Notes under the pieces: model-generated
Told to the model about the DNA's origin: nothing
Seen by the model: the letters and a program-made list of their open reading frames with translations, nothing else
The model's database searches: none
Origin: Candidatus Methanomethylicia archaeon
GTDB lineage: Archaea; Thermoproteota; Methanomethylicia; CALHIW01
NCBI GenBank assembly: GCA_038845975.1
Contig: JAWBQF010000016.1
Location: 1 to 60,626, forward strand
Direction: 5' to 3'
DNA: 60,626 nt
Program-made: the position numbers and the translations under genes
Shown here: in pieces, positions 1 to 9,280 of the stretch
How positions within the stretch are numbered: the stretch's first letter is position 1
Layout of the letters: each line of letters opens with the position of its first letter

Positions 1-116
1 TTAAACTGTTTTACTTCATTACCAATTCTTACTAGAATCTCTTCGTTAGGTTTTATATCTGAAATAGCTGTTGCAACATTATCCTTAGGATTTATAACAA
101 TTGCCTTAATCCCCAT
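1..116 (-). CDS. UxaA/SuyA-type SAF-domain small subunit of an altronate/galactarate dehydratase family enzyme (partial, runs off the left edge)
   Basis: Not in the ORF track. Manual translation from ATG at 116 gives MGIKAIVINPKDNVATAISDIKPNEEILVRIGNEVKQF. The I-N-P-K-D-N-V-A-T-A motif is typical of the UxaA SAF domain. GGTGGT RBS at 121-126. Confidence 0.8.
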   Translation of the reverse strand, partial: MGIKAIVINPKDNVATAISDIKPNEEILVRIGNEVKQF

Positions 117-663
117 TTTAACCACCTAGAGAATATTTTATACTATAATATATTTTCTTCTATCATAGATGTAATGCTAAATTATTAGCTTAATGTCCTC
201 CATATCGATTTGAAAATGCTTAATTACTGCTATTCTACTATAATGTTCATGGTTTATTTATTTGGTTTAGTTTTATGGTTGTGTTACGTATTTCTTCATT
301 TTAGTTTATTTGGCTGTAATACTTATTGAAGATATGTTTAAACATTGAAAGATTACTTAATACTCTTACCTAATAGCCTACATGTCCTAATTACACTTTA
401 CAGCTCTATGTCTAGCTAAAGCATCATAGTCTACGGTTTTAATGCTCTGTCAACTTTATTCTTTACTCATTATGCTATTAATGTAGTAGTATCTTCATGT
501 ACCATGAATGCTTATGGTAGGATTGTTAAACATTATTGTAAGCCATAATTACTCCACTTTAAAATTGACACTTATTCTAAGATATTCTACTTAAGTTCAG
601 GACATATTTTCAAAACAGTAGGCTTAAATACTATAGTTAAATAGTTAGTAGGTTTCACTAATT

Positions 664-1077
664 TCATTCAGTAATTCTTCTTGTCAGCCGATCAAAATCG
701 GAGTCAAAGGAATAAATTTCTTCAATTCCTGTATTTTTCATGATTACGTAAACTATGGCATCACTGAAACCAATACTATTTTCCTCAGCAGTTTTAATAG
801 CTTCAATACAGTCCTTTCTAGTTACATCAAAAACCTTTACATTTCTTGCAGTAACTAGAAATTTCATAACCCTTAAAGCATCTTTAAGCTGTAAATGACT
901 TTCAAGTATATTTGAGATTTCTGCAAGTTGAACTACAGTAATTCCTACCTTCTCTCCCTCATTTATTCTCTTAACAATATTTTTCGCATTTTTCTTTATT
1001 TCAATTTCATGAGTTTTAAGTTCTCTTTTAGGTTTAATAAATGCATGAACAAATACGCTTGCATCAACGAATCTCAA
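664..1077 (-). CDS. vapC: VapC-family PIN-domain toxin
   Basis: N-terminal FVDASVF and C-terminal D-A-I / IYSFDSDFD acidic PIN residues; overlaps the upstream antitoxin gene. Confidence 0.9.
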   Translation of the reverse strand: MRFVDASVFVHAFIKPKRELKTHEIEIKKNAKNIVKRINEGEKVGITVVQLAEISNILESHLQLKDALRVMKFLVTARNVKVFDVTRKDCIEAIKTAEENSIGFSDAIVYVIMKNTGIEEIYSFDSDFDRLTRRITE

Positions 1078-1309
1078 GCAACTCCCTCTTTATGGATTTC
1101 CAGTTAGATAAATCTGACTTTAAATCAATTTCTATTTTATCGAATAATTCAGTTAGATCTGGAAGCTCGTATGGTTCAATAAGTATTTTTTCCCCCTCAA
1201 ACTTTACAATAACCCTGCCGTTTCTAGCATATTTTTCCCTCCAATTTTTTGGTATTACTAATCTACCTAGTTTATCTATATTTTTAATTCTTACTATTTC
1301 TGTTTTCAC
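1064..1309 (-). CDS. vapB: AbrB/MazE/SpoVT-fold antitoxin
   Basis: IDKLGRLVIPKNWR AbrB motif; 81 aa; translationally coupled to vapC. Confidence 0.85.
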   Translation of the reverse strand: MKTEIVRIKNIDKLGRLVIPKNWREKYARNGRVIVKFEGEKILIEPYELPDLTELFDKIEIDLKSDLSNWKSIKRELLEIR

Positions 1310-1503
1310 GACAGAATTATAAACTGATTAGCTAAAAATTTTACGCTTTATAGTTTAACCCTCCTCTATGTATTAATTACCAACTTGAATAGGTTCAGTG
1401 TAGGCTGGAGTAGTAGGAAAGATTTTACGTTAAATGTATAAGTTTAAAGGATTCCTCTTATTCTACGATTGATTTGAAGTATTTAAAATAAAAATAAAAT
1501 TGT

Positions 1504-2115
1504 TTATTTTAATTTTTCCAGGAACTCCTTATGAGTCATTACCTCAGCAATTAGCGGGAATAGCTTAGTTTCAGCGTATTGCTGCTCCTCCCATGATAAT
1601 GCTGCTGTGCAATCCCTTAAAATTACTACCTTATAGTTTAAGTCGAAAGCTGTTCGAGCTGTTGATTCTACACATACATTTGTTAGGAATCCTGCTATTG
1701 CTACATTTTTAATTCCGCAATATCTTAAAATAGTGTCAAGATTTGTGCCGTGAAAGCCATCAAGCCCCCTTTTCCCCTCAACATATATGTCTATATAAGG
1801 CTTTAATTCATCAATAAATTCAGCTCCCTTTGTCCCTTTCCTAAATGCCCCTACTTTTTTAGCGTTTGCCTTAATTCCGAATTCTTGTCCTAAATCTCTA
1901 TAGTCAGGCTCAAACATTATTGGGCATCCAATAATTAAAACCCTCTTTTCCTTAGCTTTTTTAACAAGCTCAACTGTATTCTCTATAACTCTATTCTCAG
2001 TAAGAACTTTTTCAACTCCGGGATATAATGGGAAACCAGGCTTACAGAAATCATTTTGAAACTCTATAAGAACAACTGCGGTTTCTTCAGCTTTAAAACT
2101 CATAAAGACGCCCAA
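1504..2115 (-). CDS. Isochorismatase-family cysteine hydrolase
   Basis: VLIEFQNDF, GKRGLDGF and AGFLTNVCVESTARTAFD motifs; likely start is the ATG at 2103. Confidence 0.9.
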   Translation of the reverse strand: MGVFMSFKAEETAVVLIEFQNDFCKPGFPLYPGVEKVLTENRVIENTVELVKKAKEKRVLIIGCPIMFEPDYRDLGQEFGIKANAKKVGAFRKGTKGAEFIDELKPYIDIYVEGKRGLDGFHGTNLDTILRYCGIKNVAIAGFLTNVCVESTARTAFDLNYKVVILRDCTAALSWEEQQYAETKLFPLIAEVMTHKEFLEKLK

Positions 2116-2159
2116 TAGTATATTGTAACGTAAAATATAAAGTTAACTATTAAAGTAAG

Positions 2160-2956
2160 AGCTTTATGAACTTTAGATTTATTTTGGAGCTCTCCCTTAT
2201 TTATGGTGTTAGTATGCCTAAAGTTATTGGGTTTGTAGGATGAGAACTCCATTTACCTTAGTTGTTTATGTTGCCTATACATATTTTCACTCATCTAGAA
2301 TGGCTCTTGATATTTTAAGTTTTATTGTTGTTAGGAGTTACATTATCATGGTTTAGATCTTTAAACCTCTATTGAGTTTGGTGAAGGGAAATTAAGATTG
2401 TTATAGCTGATTATACTATTATAAGTGTAGGCTCTATCAGATGTTGATATAGTGTAGTATTCATATTTTTAGTTTGAGTATTCAGAATATTATTTGAGGT
2501 TTGTAAGGTTTCTAGATAGCTATTGTAAGGATGAATAAGATTAGGAGGGGTAAATATAAATCATAGAATTCTAGAATTCTCTAGATGAGAATGAGTTAGG
2601 CTAATGGTGGATTATTGGCTTATGCTAGATTAAGTGGGATAATAGTTGAAAGCTATAGAAATATTATGATATTAAAGTTTTGATAAGTTAAGGTATTATG
2701 ATGGATACAACGTTCTTTATTGATAGTGTATATGGTTTTCTAAACTCTCAAGAATTAAACTACATACACTAAACTTTCAGTAGGAAGAGTATAGTGAATA
2801 AGATACTTATCATTCAGTAATAATTAGAATATTCCTAACTAGCAACATCAAAATAACCAAATCTAGATGATAAGAAGGCAATTGAATGGAATCTATCATA
2901 AAACTACTCATACTATACTATAACCACTTAGAAGGTGAGCTTAAGTTGTCACATCC
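2160..2956 (+). mobile_element. Heavily degenerate IS6-family element, possibly a chimera of two subfamilies
   Basis: 2160-~2500 aligns by eye with the reverse complement of the 37482-38200 and 58691-59377 copies (AGCTTTATGAACTTTAGATTTATT..GAACTCCATTTAC..GGTTTAGATCTTTAA). The distal part encodes a broken IS6-like tail (..IIKLLILYYNHL) and ends in GCTTAAGTTGTCACATCC, which resembles the TIR. Confidence 0.7.
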
Positions 2957-3164
2957 AAAAAATATCTTGCCAACTCTAAATGTTTACATCACTTTATTAC
3001 CTTTCTTGTTAGATATTCATTTTTACTTATGTCTTAATCCATTTTCTACATATGTAATAATTAATAAGTAGTATTTTAAATATGCTTTCTAAGGTTGGTA
3101 TAGCAGAGTAAGAAGTCTAAAACTTAGTAGTAGAATATGCTATGTTATCATGTTTCTTGAATCC

Positions 3165-3180
3165 ATACATAAACTTATAT
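3165..3180 (+). promoter_or_regulatory. BRE/TATA promoter element of dehydratase 1
   Basis: ATACATAAACTTATAT about 30 nt upstream of the ATG; the same 16-mer lies upstream of dehydratase 2 (8136-8151, minus strand). Confidence 0.55.
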
Positions 3181-3210
3181 ATTTAAGTTTATACTTTAAT
3201 TGGTGGTTTC

Positions 3211-4899
3211 ATGCTTCATGAAGATGTTCTTAGAAGTAAACGTATAATTAAAGATAGAGATGATATTAGGGGTTCCCGTTTAGGATTGATGGAGGCTATG
3301 GGTTTTACAAGAGAGGAGTTTAATCGTCCTCTTATAGGTATTGCTAATTGCTGGAATGAAATTCTTCCAGGATCATTTCATTTAAGAGAGGTTGCATGCA
3401 GGGTTAAGGATGGAGTTAGATTAGCTGGCGGTACTCCCTTTGAGTTTAATACTATTGCTGTATGTGACGGTATTGCTCAGGGACATGTAGGTATGAAGTA
3501 TGTTCTTCCAAGTAGAGATATTATAGCTTCAAGTATTGAAATAATGGTTGAAGCTCATCAATTCGATGCTTTAGTCGCTATCTGTACATGTGATAAGATA
3601 GTGCCTGGAATGTTAATGGCTATAGCTAGACTAAATATACCATCTATTGTTGTTACTGGGGGATACATGATTCCAGGGGTTTTTAAGGGTATTCCCCGCC
3701 TTATAAGTGAAGTTACGGTTGCATATGGAGCTTATAAAACCGGGAAAATGTCTAAGGAGGATTTTGAATTACTGATCGATTCATGCTGTGCATCGCCTGG
3801 TGCATGTGCAGGTATGTGGACTGCAAACACTATGTGTGTGATTACTGAGGCTCTAGGTATGTCGCTTCCAGGAAACTCAACAACACCTGCTGTAGGCTCA
3901 AGAATACTTAAAACAGCTTTTAATGCCGGTAGAATGATTATGGAGCTTTTAAAGAATAATATTAGGCCTTCAGACATAATGACTTATGAAGCATTTGAAA
4001 ACGCTATAAGAGTCCTTATGGCTACTGGAGGATCTACAAATGCATGCTTACATATCCCAGCTATTGCCTCAGAGCTTAACATAGAAATTGATCTTGAACT
4101 GTTCAATAAGATCAGTAGGGAAACTCCATGTATATGTGGTGTTAATCCTATATCCAGCTTTACCATGAAGGACCTTGATGAAGCTGGAGGTTTACCAGCA
4201 GTTATGAAGATCATTGAAGATAAGCTTAACTTAAACGTATTAACGGTAACAATGAAAACATTGAAGAAAAACCTGGAAAACATTATAGCTTCACCATCTC
4301 CAACAGGTGTTTTAAGACCGTTAAGTAATCCATTCTTTAATGAAGGTGGAATAGCAATTCTTAAGGGAAACCTAGCACCTAGAGGCGCTGTAGTTAAGCA
4401 GTCTGCTGTAAGCCCTAAAATGCTTAAGATAGCTGGACCTGCTAGAGTATTCGACTCAGAGGAGGATGCTGTAAAGGCATTACTAAATGGTGAAATTAAA
4501 CCTGGAACCATAATGGTTATTAGATATGAAGGACCTAAGGGAGGCCCTGGAATGAGGGAAATGTTTGATATTCTACAAATACTCTTAGGCATGGGTTTAT
4601 CTGAATCTGTTGCTCTAGTTACTGATGGTAGGTTTTCAGGCTCAAATAGAGGTGGGGCTATAGGTCATGTTTCACCTGAAGCAGCTGAGGGAGGACCAAT
4701 AGCAGTAGTACAGGATGGAGACATTATTGAGATAAATATACCTGAAAGAAAACTAAATGTAAAGCTTTCAGATGAGGAGATTAATAGGAGACTAGAAAAG
4801 TGGAAGCCTCCTGAGCTGAAAGCTAAGAGGGGTATATTAACGTTATACTCAAAAATCGTTGAGTCAGCAGATAAAGGTGCAGTGTTAAAGCTAACTTAA
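3211..4899 (+). CDS. ilvD: IlvD/Edd-family dihydroxy-acid/sugar-acid dehydratase (paralog 1)
   Basis: CDGIAQGH, TCDKIVPG, GACAGMWTANTM, YEGPKGGPGM, TDGRFSG and GHVSPEA motifs. Confidence 0.9.
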   Translation: MLHEDVLRSKRIIKDRDDIRGSRLGLMEAMGFTREEFNRPLIGIANCWNEILPGSFHLREVACRVKDGVRLAGGTPFEFNTIAVCDGIAQGHVGMKYVLPSRDIIASSIEIMVEAHQFDALVAICTCDKIVPGMLMAIARLNIPSIVVTGGYMIPGVFKGIPRLISEVTVAYGAYKTGKMSKEDFELLIDSCCASPGACAGMWTANTMCVITEALGMSLPGNSTTPAVGSRILKTAFNAGRMIMELLKNNIRPSDIMTYEAFENAIRVLMATGGSTNACLHIPAIASELNIEIDLELFNKISRETPCICGVNPISSFTMKDLDEAGGLPAVMKIIEDKLNLNVLTVTMKTLKKNLENIIASPSPTGVLRPLSNPFFNEGGIAILKGNLAPRGAVVKQSAVSPKMLKIAGPARVFDSEEDAVKALLNGEIKPGTIMVIRYEGPKGGPGMREMFDILQILLGMGLSESVALVTDGRFSGSNRGGAIGHVSPEAAEGGPIAVVQDGDIIEINIPERKLNVKLSDEEINRRLEKWKPPELKAKRGILTLYSKIVESADKGAVLKLT

Positions 4900-4956
4900 T
4901 CTCTAAATGTCCTAGTAATATAAAATTTATTTTTATCATGAAGTATAGGTGAGCTT

Positions 4957-5088
4957 ATGAATGGTTTTATTCAGGTCTTTAGAGATGTGCTTGAAGATGT
5001 ATTTACAGATGTTAAAGTAATAGTTGAAGCTGTTGTTTCAAAATATTTAGAGAAGGATATTTCTGAAAGATATTGTGGAGGTGATTAG
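4957..5088 (+). CDS. Small 43-aa hypothetical protein upstream of the amidase
   Basis: Below the ORF-track cutoff. AGGTGA RBS, then MNGFIQVFRDVLEDVFTDVKVIVEAVVSKYLEKDISERYCGGD*; overlaps the amidase start region. Confidence 0.55.
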   Translation: MNGFIQVFRDVLEDVFTDVKVIVEAVVSKYLEKDISERYCGGD

Positions 5089-6418
5089 AATATTTAAGTA
5101 TGAATTTAAAAGATCAATTATTCAGAAAACCATAAATGAATTGTATAGGGGAGTTATAAGCGTTGAGAGTATTGTATCGGAATCTATAAGGAAAGCTGAA
5201 AGTATTGGTAGAGATCTTAACTATTTTCTACTTGTTGATCATGATCTTAAATATTCACATATAGATAAGCTTAACAAGCATATTCGTGAAGGAATCTTTA
5301 AGCCGTTAATGTGTATACCAGTAGCTGTAAAGGATAATATTGATCATAAACCATTCATTACAAGAGCTGGAACACCATATCTTAACATTAATCCTAAACT
5401 GAATGCTAAGATTATTAGTGTACTTGAAGATATGGGTGTAGTATTTATTGGACGTACCAATATGCATGAACTTGCAATGGGAGCAACAAATGTAAACCCT
5501 CATTTCGGTCCATCGAGAAACCCTCTCGACCCCTCGAGAATAACAGGTGGATCATCAGGTGGTAGTGCGGGCTCTGTAGCTACAGGTATTACACCTATTG
5601 CTTTAGGTACTGATACAGGCGGTTCTGTTAGAATTCCAGCAGCATTCTGTGGAATTGTAGGATTTAAGCCAACTATAAATAGAATACCAGTAGTAGGAGT
5701 ATTACCTATCTCAAATACTTTAGATCATGTAGGGATCCTAGCTGGAAATGTTGAAGATACTATTGTAACTTTAAATACTTTAATAAATGGATTCGCTGAA
5801 TCTGTTTATAGTAAGCTTGAAGATGTTAGGAATAGGAAGATTCGGCTAGCTGTTATTAAGGATTTTGCTGAGGTCTCTGTGAATAGTGTTAGGGAGGCGT
5901 TCAGTAAGGCGTTAGATAAGATTAGAGGACTTGACTGGGAGATTGATGAAATAAGCTTCCCAGACTTCAACATAGTTTCAAAAGTTAGAGCTCCAATAAT
6001 GCTAGGTGAAGCTGCAGCAAATCTATTTGATATCTATGTTAGGTATAGGGATAGAATGGGTAGTGATGTTAGATACCTCTTTAAAATCGGATTATCAATA
6101 CCTGCTTCAGTATACGTTATGGCTTGTAAAATAAGAGAGAGATGGATTAGCTATTTTAAGGCTTTATTTGACAGATATGATATTATTGCAACACCAACAA
6201 TACCTATAGAGCCGCCTAAAATAAGTGAAGTTGAAAACATAACTACTAGAGCATTACTAATAAAGAATACTGAACTATTCAACGTTATAGGTACACCCAC
6301 AATAACATTACCAGCACCAATGATGGATATTGGGCTACCTGGATATATTCAACTTACAGCATCATGGGGTAACGATGAACTACTACTTGCAACATCATTA
6401 ATGTATGAGGAAATATAA
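5075..6418 (+). CDS. Amidase signature family protein
   Basis: PVAVKDNI, GGSSGGSAGSV and LGTDTGGSVRIPAAFCG (Lys-cisSer-Ser triad); start codon uncertain. Confidence 0.9.
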   Translation: MEVIRIFKYEFKRSIIQKTINELYRGVISVESIVSESIRKAESIGRDLNYFLLVDHDLKYSHIDKLNKHIREGIFKPLMCIPVAVKDNIDHKPFITRAGTPYLNINPKLNAKIISVLEDMGVVFIGRTNMHELAMGATNVNPHFGPSRNPLDPSRITGGSSGGSAGSVATGITPIALGTDTGGSVRIPAAFCGIVGFKPTINRIPVVGVLPISNTLDHVGILAGNVEDTIVTLNTLINGFAESVYSKLEDVRNRKIRLAVIKDFAEVSVNSVREAFSKALDKIRGLDWEIDEISFPDFNIVSKVRAPIMLGEAAANLFDIYVRYRDRMGSDVRYLFKIGLSIPASVYVMACKIRERWISYFKALFDRYDIIATPTIPIEPPKISEVENITTRALLIKNTELFNVIGTPTITLPAPMMDIGLPGYIQLTASWGNDELLLATSLMYEEI

Positions 6419-6430
6419 ACCTAGTGAATG

Positions 6431-8107
6431 TTAGTTACAGCGTTCAATACTAGCTCCCTTACTAGTTGGTCCAGCTAGCTCCATATATCTTCTTAATACC
6501 CCTCTCCCAGCTTTTAGTTTAGGTCTTTCCCACTGTAAAAGTCTTCCTTCAATTTCTTTATCAGTAATTTCAATGTTTAGTTTTCTTTCAGGTATATTTA
6601 TCTCAATAATGTCTCCATCCTGTACTACTGCTATTGGTCCTCCCTCAGCTGCTTCAGGTGAAACATGACCTATACATGGACCCTTAGTAGCACCTGAAAA
6701 CCTACCATCAGTAACTAGCGCTGTTTTACTTAGTTTAGGGCTTTGTATAAGTGCATTTGTAGTCATGAATAGTTCAGGCATACCACTACCCTTCGGTCCC
6801 TCGTATCTTATTACTATTACACTTCCAGGCTCGATATTTCCCTCAATAACGGCTTTGTAAGCTTCTTCTTCACAGTTAAATACTCTAGCAGGTCCCCTAT
6901 GTGTTAGCATGTCAGGAGATACAGCTGAATACTTTACTATAGCTCCTTTAGGTGCAAGATTACCTTGAAGTATAGCTATAGCTCCCCTTCTTTCAGTTTT
7001 TTCAGGCTCTATTACTACTTGACTTCTTTCAAGTCCAAAATTCTTTAGGAATCCTAAATACCTATTGAAGAAACCGTCTTTTTCAAGCTCTTCAAGGTTT
7101 TCCCTTAATGTCTTCCCTGTTACTGTTAAAACATCTAGATGAAGATATTTACTTAGATATTTTTGAATTATTGGTACTCCCCCAGCATACCATAGTATCT
7201 GTGATGTATAGCAGCCGCTAGGAGTTATGTTGGCTATGTATGGAGTTCTCCTATTGATTTCGTCAAATAACGATAGGTTGATATTCATTCCTAACTCCAT
7301 TGCTATTGCTGGTAAGTGTAGGAGAGCATTTGTAGATCCTCCAGTAGCTGCATGGATTATTATAGCGTTTTCAAATGCTTCATAAGTCATTATGTCTGAA
7401 GGCCTAATATTGTTTTCAATAAGCCTCATAATGTATTTACCTGCTTTACGAGCTAGTCTTAGAATTTCACTAGTGAAAGCTGGTATTAATGCTGATCCTG
7501 GTAGACTCATCCCTAAGGCTTCAGACATAATTTGCATTGTACTTGCAGTACCCATAAATTGACATGCTCCACATGTCGGTGCACTTGTTAGCTTATAGTT
7601 ACGTATATCCATAGGAGTTATGGATATTGTTGGTGGCGGGGGTGCTGAAGTAGATATGCTCGGTCCAGTAAGCATACTTCCTCCTGGAATATGTATACAT
7701 GGTATGTTAATACGGGCTGCAGCTTTTAGATGGGCTGGAATTGACTTATCACATCCTGATACTAAGATTAATCCATCCCAAGGTATTACGGATGCATGTA
7801 TTTCAACCATATCTGTAATAACCTCCCTACTAGGAAGAGAATAGTTCATTCCTGAATGTCCCTGAGCCCATCCATCACAAATATCTGTTACATGAAATAT
7901 TGATGGCTTTCCTCCATACTCGTATACTCCTATAGCTGCTTCTTCACTAAGTCTATTTAGGTGGAAACTTCCGGGATGACTATCACCATAAACATCATCA
8001 ATAAGTATTTGCTTTTTCTCTAAGTCTTCTTCAGTCCAGTTCATACCAAGCCTAAGAGCATCAAACTGAGGCCAAAGATCTCTAACATACTGGCTTCTAG
8101 TCTTCAT
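6431..8107 (-). CDS. IlvD/Edd-family dehydratase (paralog 2; YjhG/YagF-like sugar-acid dehydratase features)
   Basis: DICDGWAQGH, GCDKSIPA and GACQFMGTASTMQ (QF-x-GTA variant seen in xylonate-dehydratase-like members); TDGRFSG. Confidence 0.85.
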   Translation of the reverse strand: MKTRSQYVRDLWPQFDALRLGMNWTEEDLEKKQILIDDVYGDSHPGSFHLNRLSEEAAIGVYEYGGKPSIFHVTDICDGWAQGHSGMNYSLPSREVITDMVEIHASVIPWDGLILVSGCDKSIPAHLKAAARINIPCIHIPGGSMLTGPSISTSAPPPPTISITPMDIRNYKLTSAPTCGACQFMGTASTMQIMSEALGMSLPGSALIPAFTSEILRLARKAGKYIMRLIENNIRPSDIMTYEAFENAIIIHAATGGSTNALLHLPAIAMELGMNINLSLFDEINRRTPYIANITPSGCYTSQILWYAGGVPIIQKYLSKYLHLDVLTVTGKTLRENLEELEKDGFFNRYLGFLKNFGLERSQVVIEPEKTERRGAIAILQGNLAPKGAIVKYSAVSPDMLTHRGPARVFNCEEEAYKAVIEGNIEPGSVIVIRYEGPKGSGMPELFMTTNALIQSPKLSKTALVTDGRFSGATKGPCIGHVSPEAAEGGPIAVVQDGDIIEINIPERKLNIEITDKEIEGRLLQWERPKLKAGRGVLRRYMELAGPTSKGASIERCN

Positions 8108-8135
8108 ATAGTTCAGTATATAATTTTATACTAAA

Positions 8136-8151
8136 ATATAAGTTTATGTAT
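8136..8151 (-). promoter_or_regulatory. BRE/TATA promoter element of dehydratase 2
   Basis: Reverse complement is ATACATAAACTTATAT, identical to 3165-3180. Confidence 0.55.
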
Positions 8152-8153
8152 TT

Positions 8154-8332
8154 GGCTTTGTGAACTTTAGCTTTATTTAGGTTTTTCCCTCTATTTGTGG
8201 TGGTAGTATGGTTAATGTATCCATACTAAAGTATAGCTAAACAATATGGATTAATGAAAGGATAAAGCTAAAGAATCATAGAAGACACAACATTAAAATA
8301 GAGGTAGTAAAACATGCTTAAGTTTGCAAGCC
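8154..8332 (+). mobile_element. 179-bp MITE, an internal-deletion derivative of the IS6 element
   Basis: Left end GGCTTTGTGAACTTTAG and right end CATGCTTAAGTTTGCAAGCC match the IS6 ends; perfect 8-bp direct repeat ATGTATTT at 8146-8153 and 8333-8340. Confidence 0.9.
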
Positions 8333-8372
8333 ATGTATTTATTAGTAAAGTTTAAATTCTAAAATTACATTA

Positions 8373-8726
8373 ATGCTTGGTGAAACTATGAGGACAGCTA
8401 GTATTAAATCTCTTCCTCCTGAAACTGTTAAGGAAGGCGTTAAAAGATGGATTTTAGTAGTTGGAGAGAGGATGATGCTTGCTATTTACGAGATAGATGA
8501 GGGAGTAACTTTTCCATTACATAGCCATCCACATGAACAAGTAGGATATATTGTTAGTGGAAGGATTGAACATAGAACACCTACAGGTAGTGAAATACTT
8601 GAAGCAGGTACAGGCTATATATTTCCCTCAAACGAGCCCCATGAAACATACAACCCCGGTCCTGGACCAGTTATAGTTCTAGATGTTTTCTCACCACCTA
8701 GAGAAGACTATCTGAAAAGAAAGTGA
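8373..8726 (+). CDS. Cupin domain protein (KdgF-like)
   Basis: HSHPHEQVGY, PSNEPH and LDVFSPPREDY motifs. Confidence 0.85.
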   Translation: MLGETMRTASIKSLPPETVKEGVKRWILVVGERMMLAIYEIDEGVTFPLHSHPHEQVGYIVSGRIEHRTPTGSEILEAGTGYIFPSNEPHETYNPGPGPVIVLDVFSPPREDYLKRK

Positions 8727-8911
8727 GTAAATCATTCATTTTATTTATAATAAAGAATTCTTTACAACTTTACCTAGCAATCTTGCTTAATATTACAGTT
8801 TGTTTAATTCCTCTATATTTTGAATTTCATGTTTTAGCTATTAGTTTAGTAGATTGAACTATAAAGAATTTCATGATAGTTAAGCTTTCATTTAAAAATG
8901 ATATTTTGATT

Positions 8912-9280
8912 TTATTTCTTGTCTGATGGTGGCGAATATAATGCAAGTACTATTACAGGTTCATTACTGGTATTATTGAATGAATGTTCAACTTTTGGAG
9001 GTATATATATTACATCTCCCTCTTTAAGGTAGTGTATTTCATCACCGCATGTAATCATTGCTTCACCCTTTAAAATCATGAATGCATGTTCCATAACTTC
9101 ATGGCTATGCTTTTCAGCGGTAGCTGAAGGCTCCATTATAAACATTCTTATAGCAATATTGCTTGATCCAGCTATTTCAGGTGTTACAAGGTCTTTAGCT
9201 ATGGTTTTAGTATGTAGTGGCGGCTCATACCATTTAATAAGTTTAGACCTAATAACCTTCGCCTTCTGCATAAATATCAT
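8912..9280 (-). CDS. Cupin domain protein
   Basis: HSHEVMEH and GDVIYIPPKVEHSF motifs. Confidence 0.85.
   Translation of the reverse strand: MIFMQKAKVIRSKLIKWYEPPLHTKTIAKDLVTPEIAGSSNIAIRMFIMEPSATAEKHSHEVMEHAFMILKGEAMITCGDEIHYLKEGDVIYIPPKVEHSFNNTSNEPVIVLALYSPPSDKK

Noticed and set aside
130-660. Long AT-rich intergenic stretch, possibly an IS relic or ncRNA
   Set aside because: No TIR, TSD, ORF or stable structure could be supported by eye
2886-3071. 61-aa ORF
   Set aside because: It begins in the transposase tail of the IS relic and reads through the element end; not an independent gene
3732-4592. Antisense ORFs of 81 and 202 aa (likewise 20772-21278, 23642-24277, 12438-12821 and other short overlapping ORFs)
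   Set aside because: These are shadow frames opposite well-supported genes and have no recognisable motifs
4659-6674. Diversity-generating retroelement or site-specific shufflon explanation for the dehydratase repeats
   Set aside because: No reverse transcriptase or recombinase in the window, and no adenine-specific mismatch pattern
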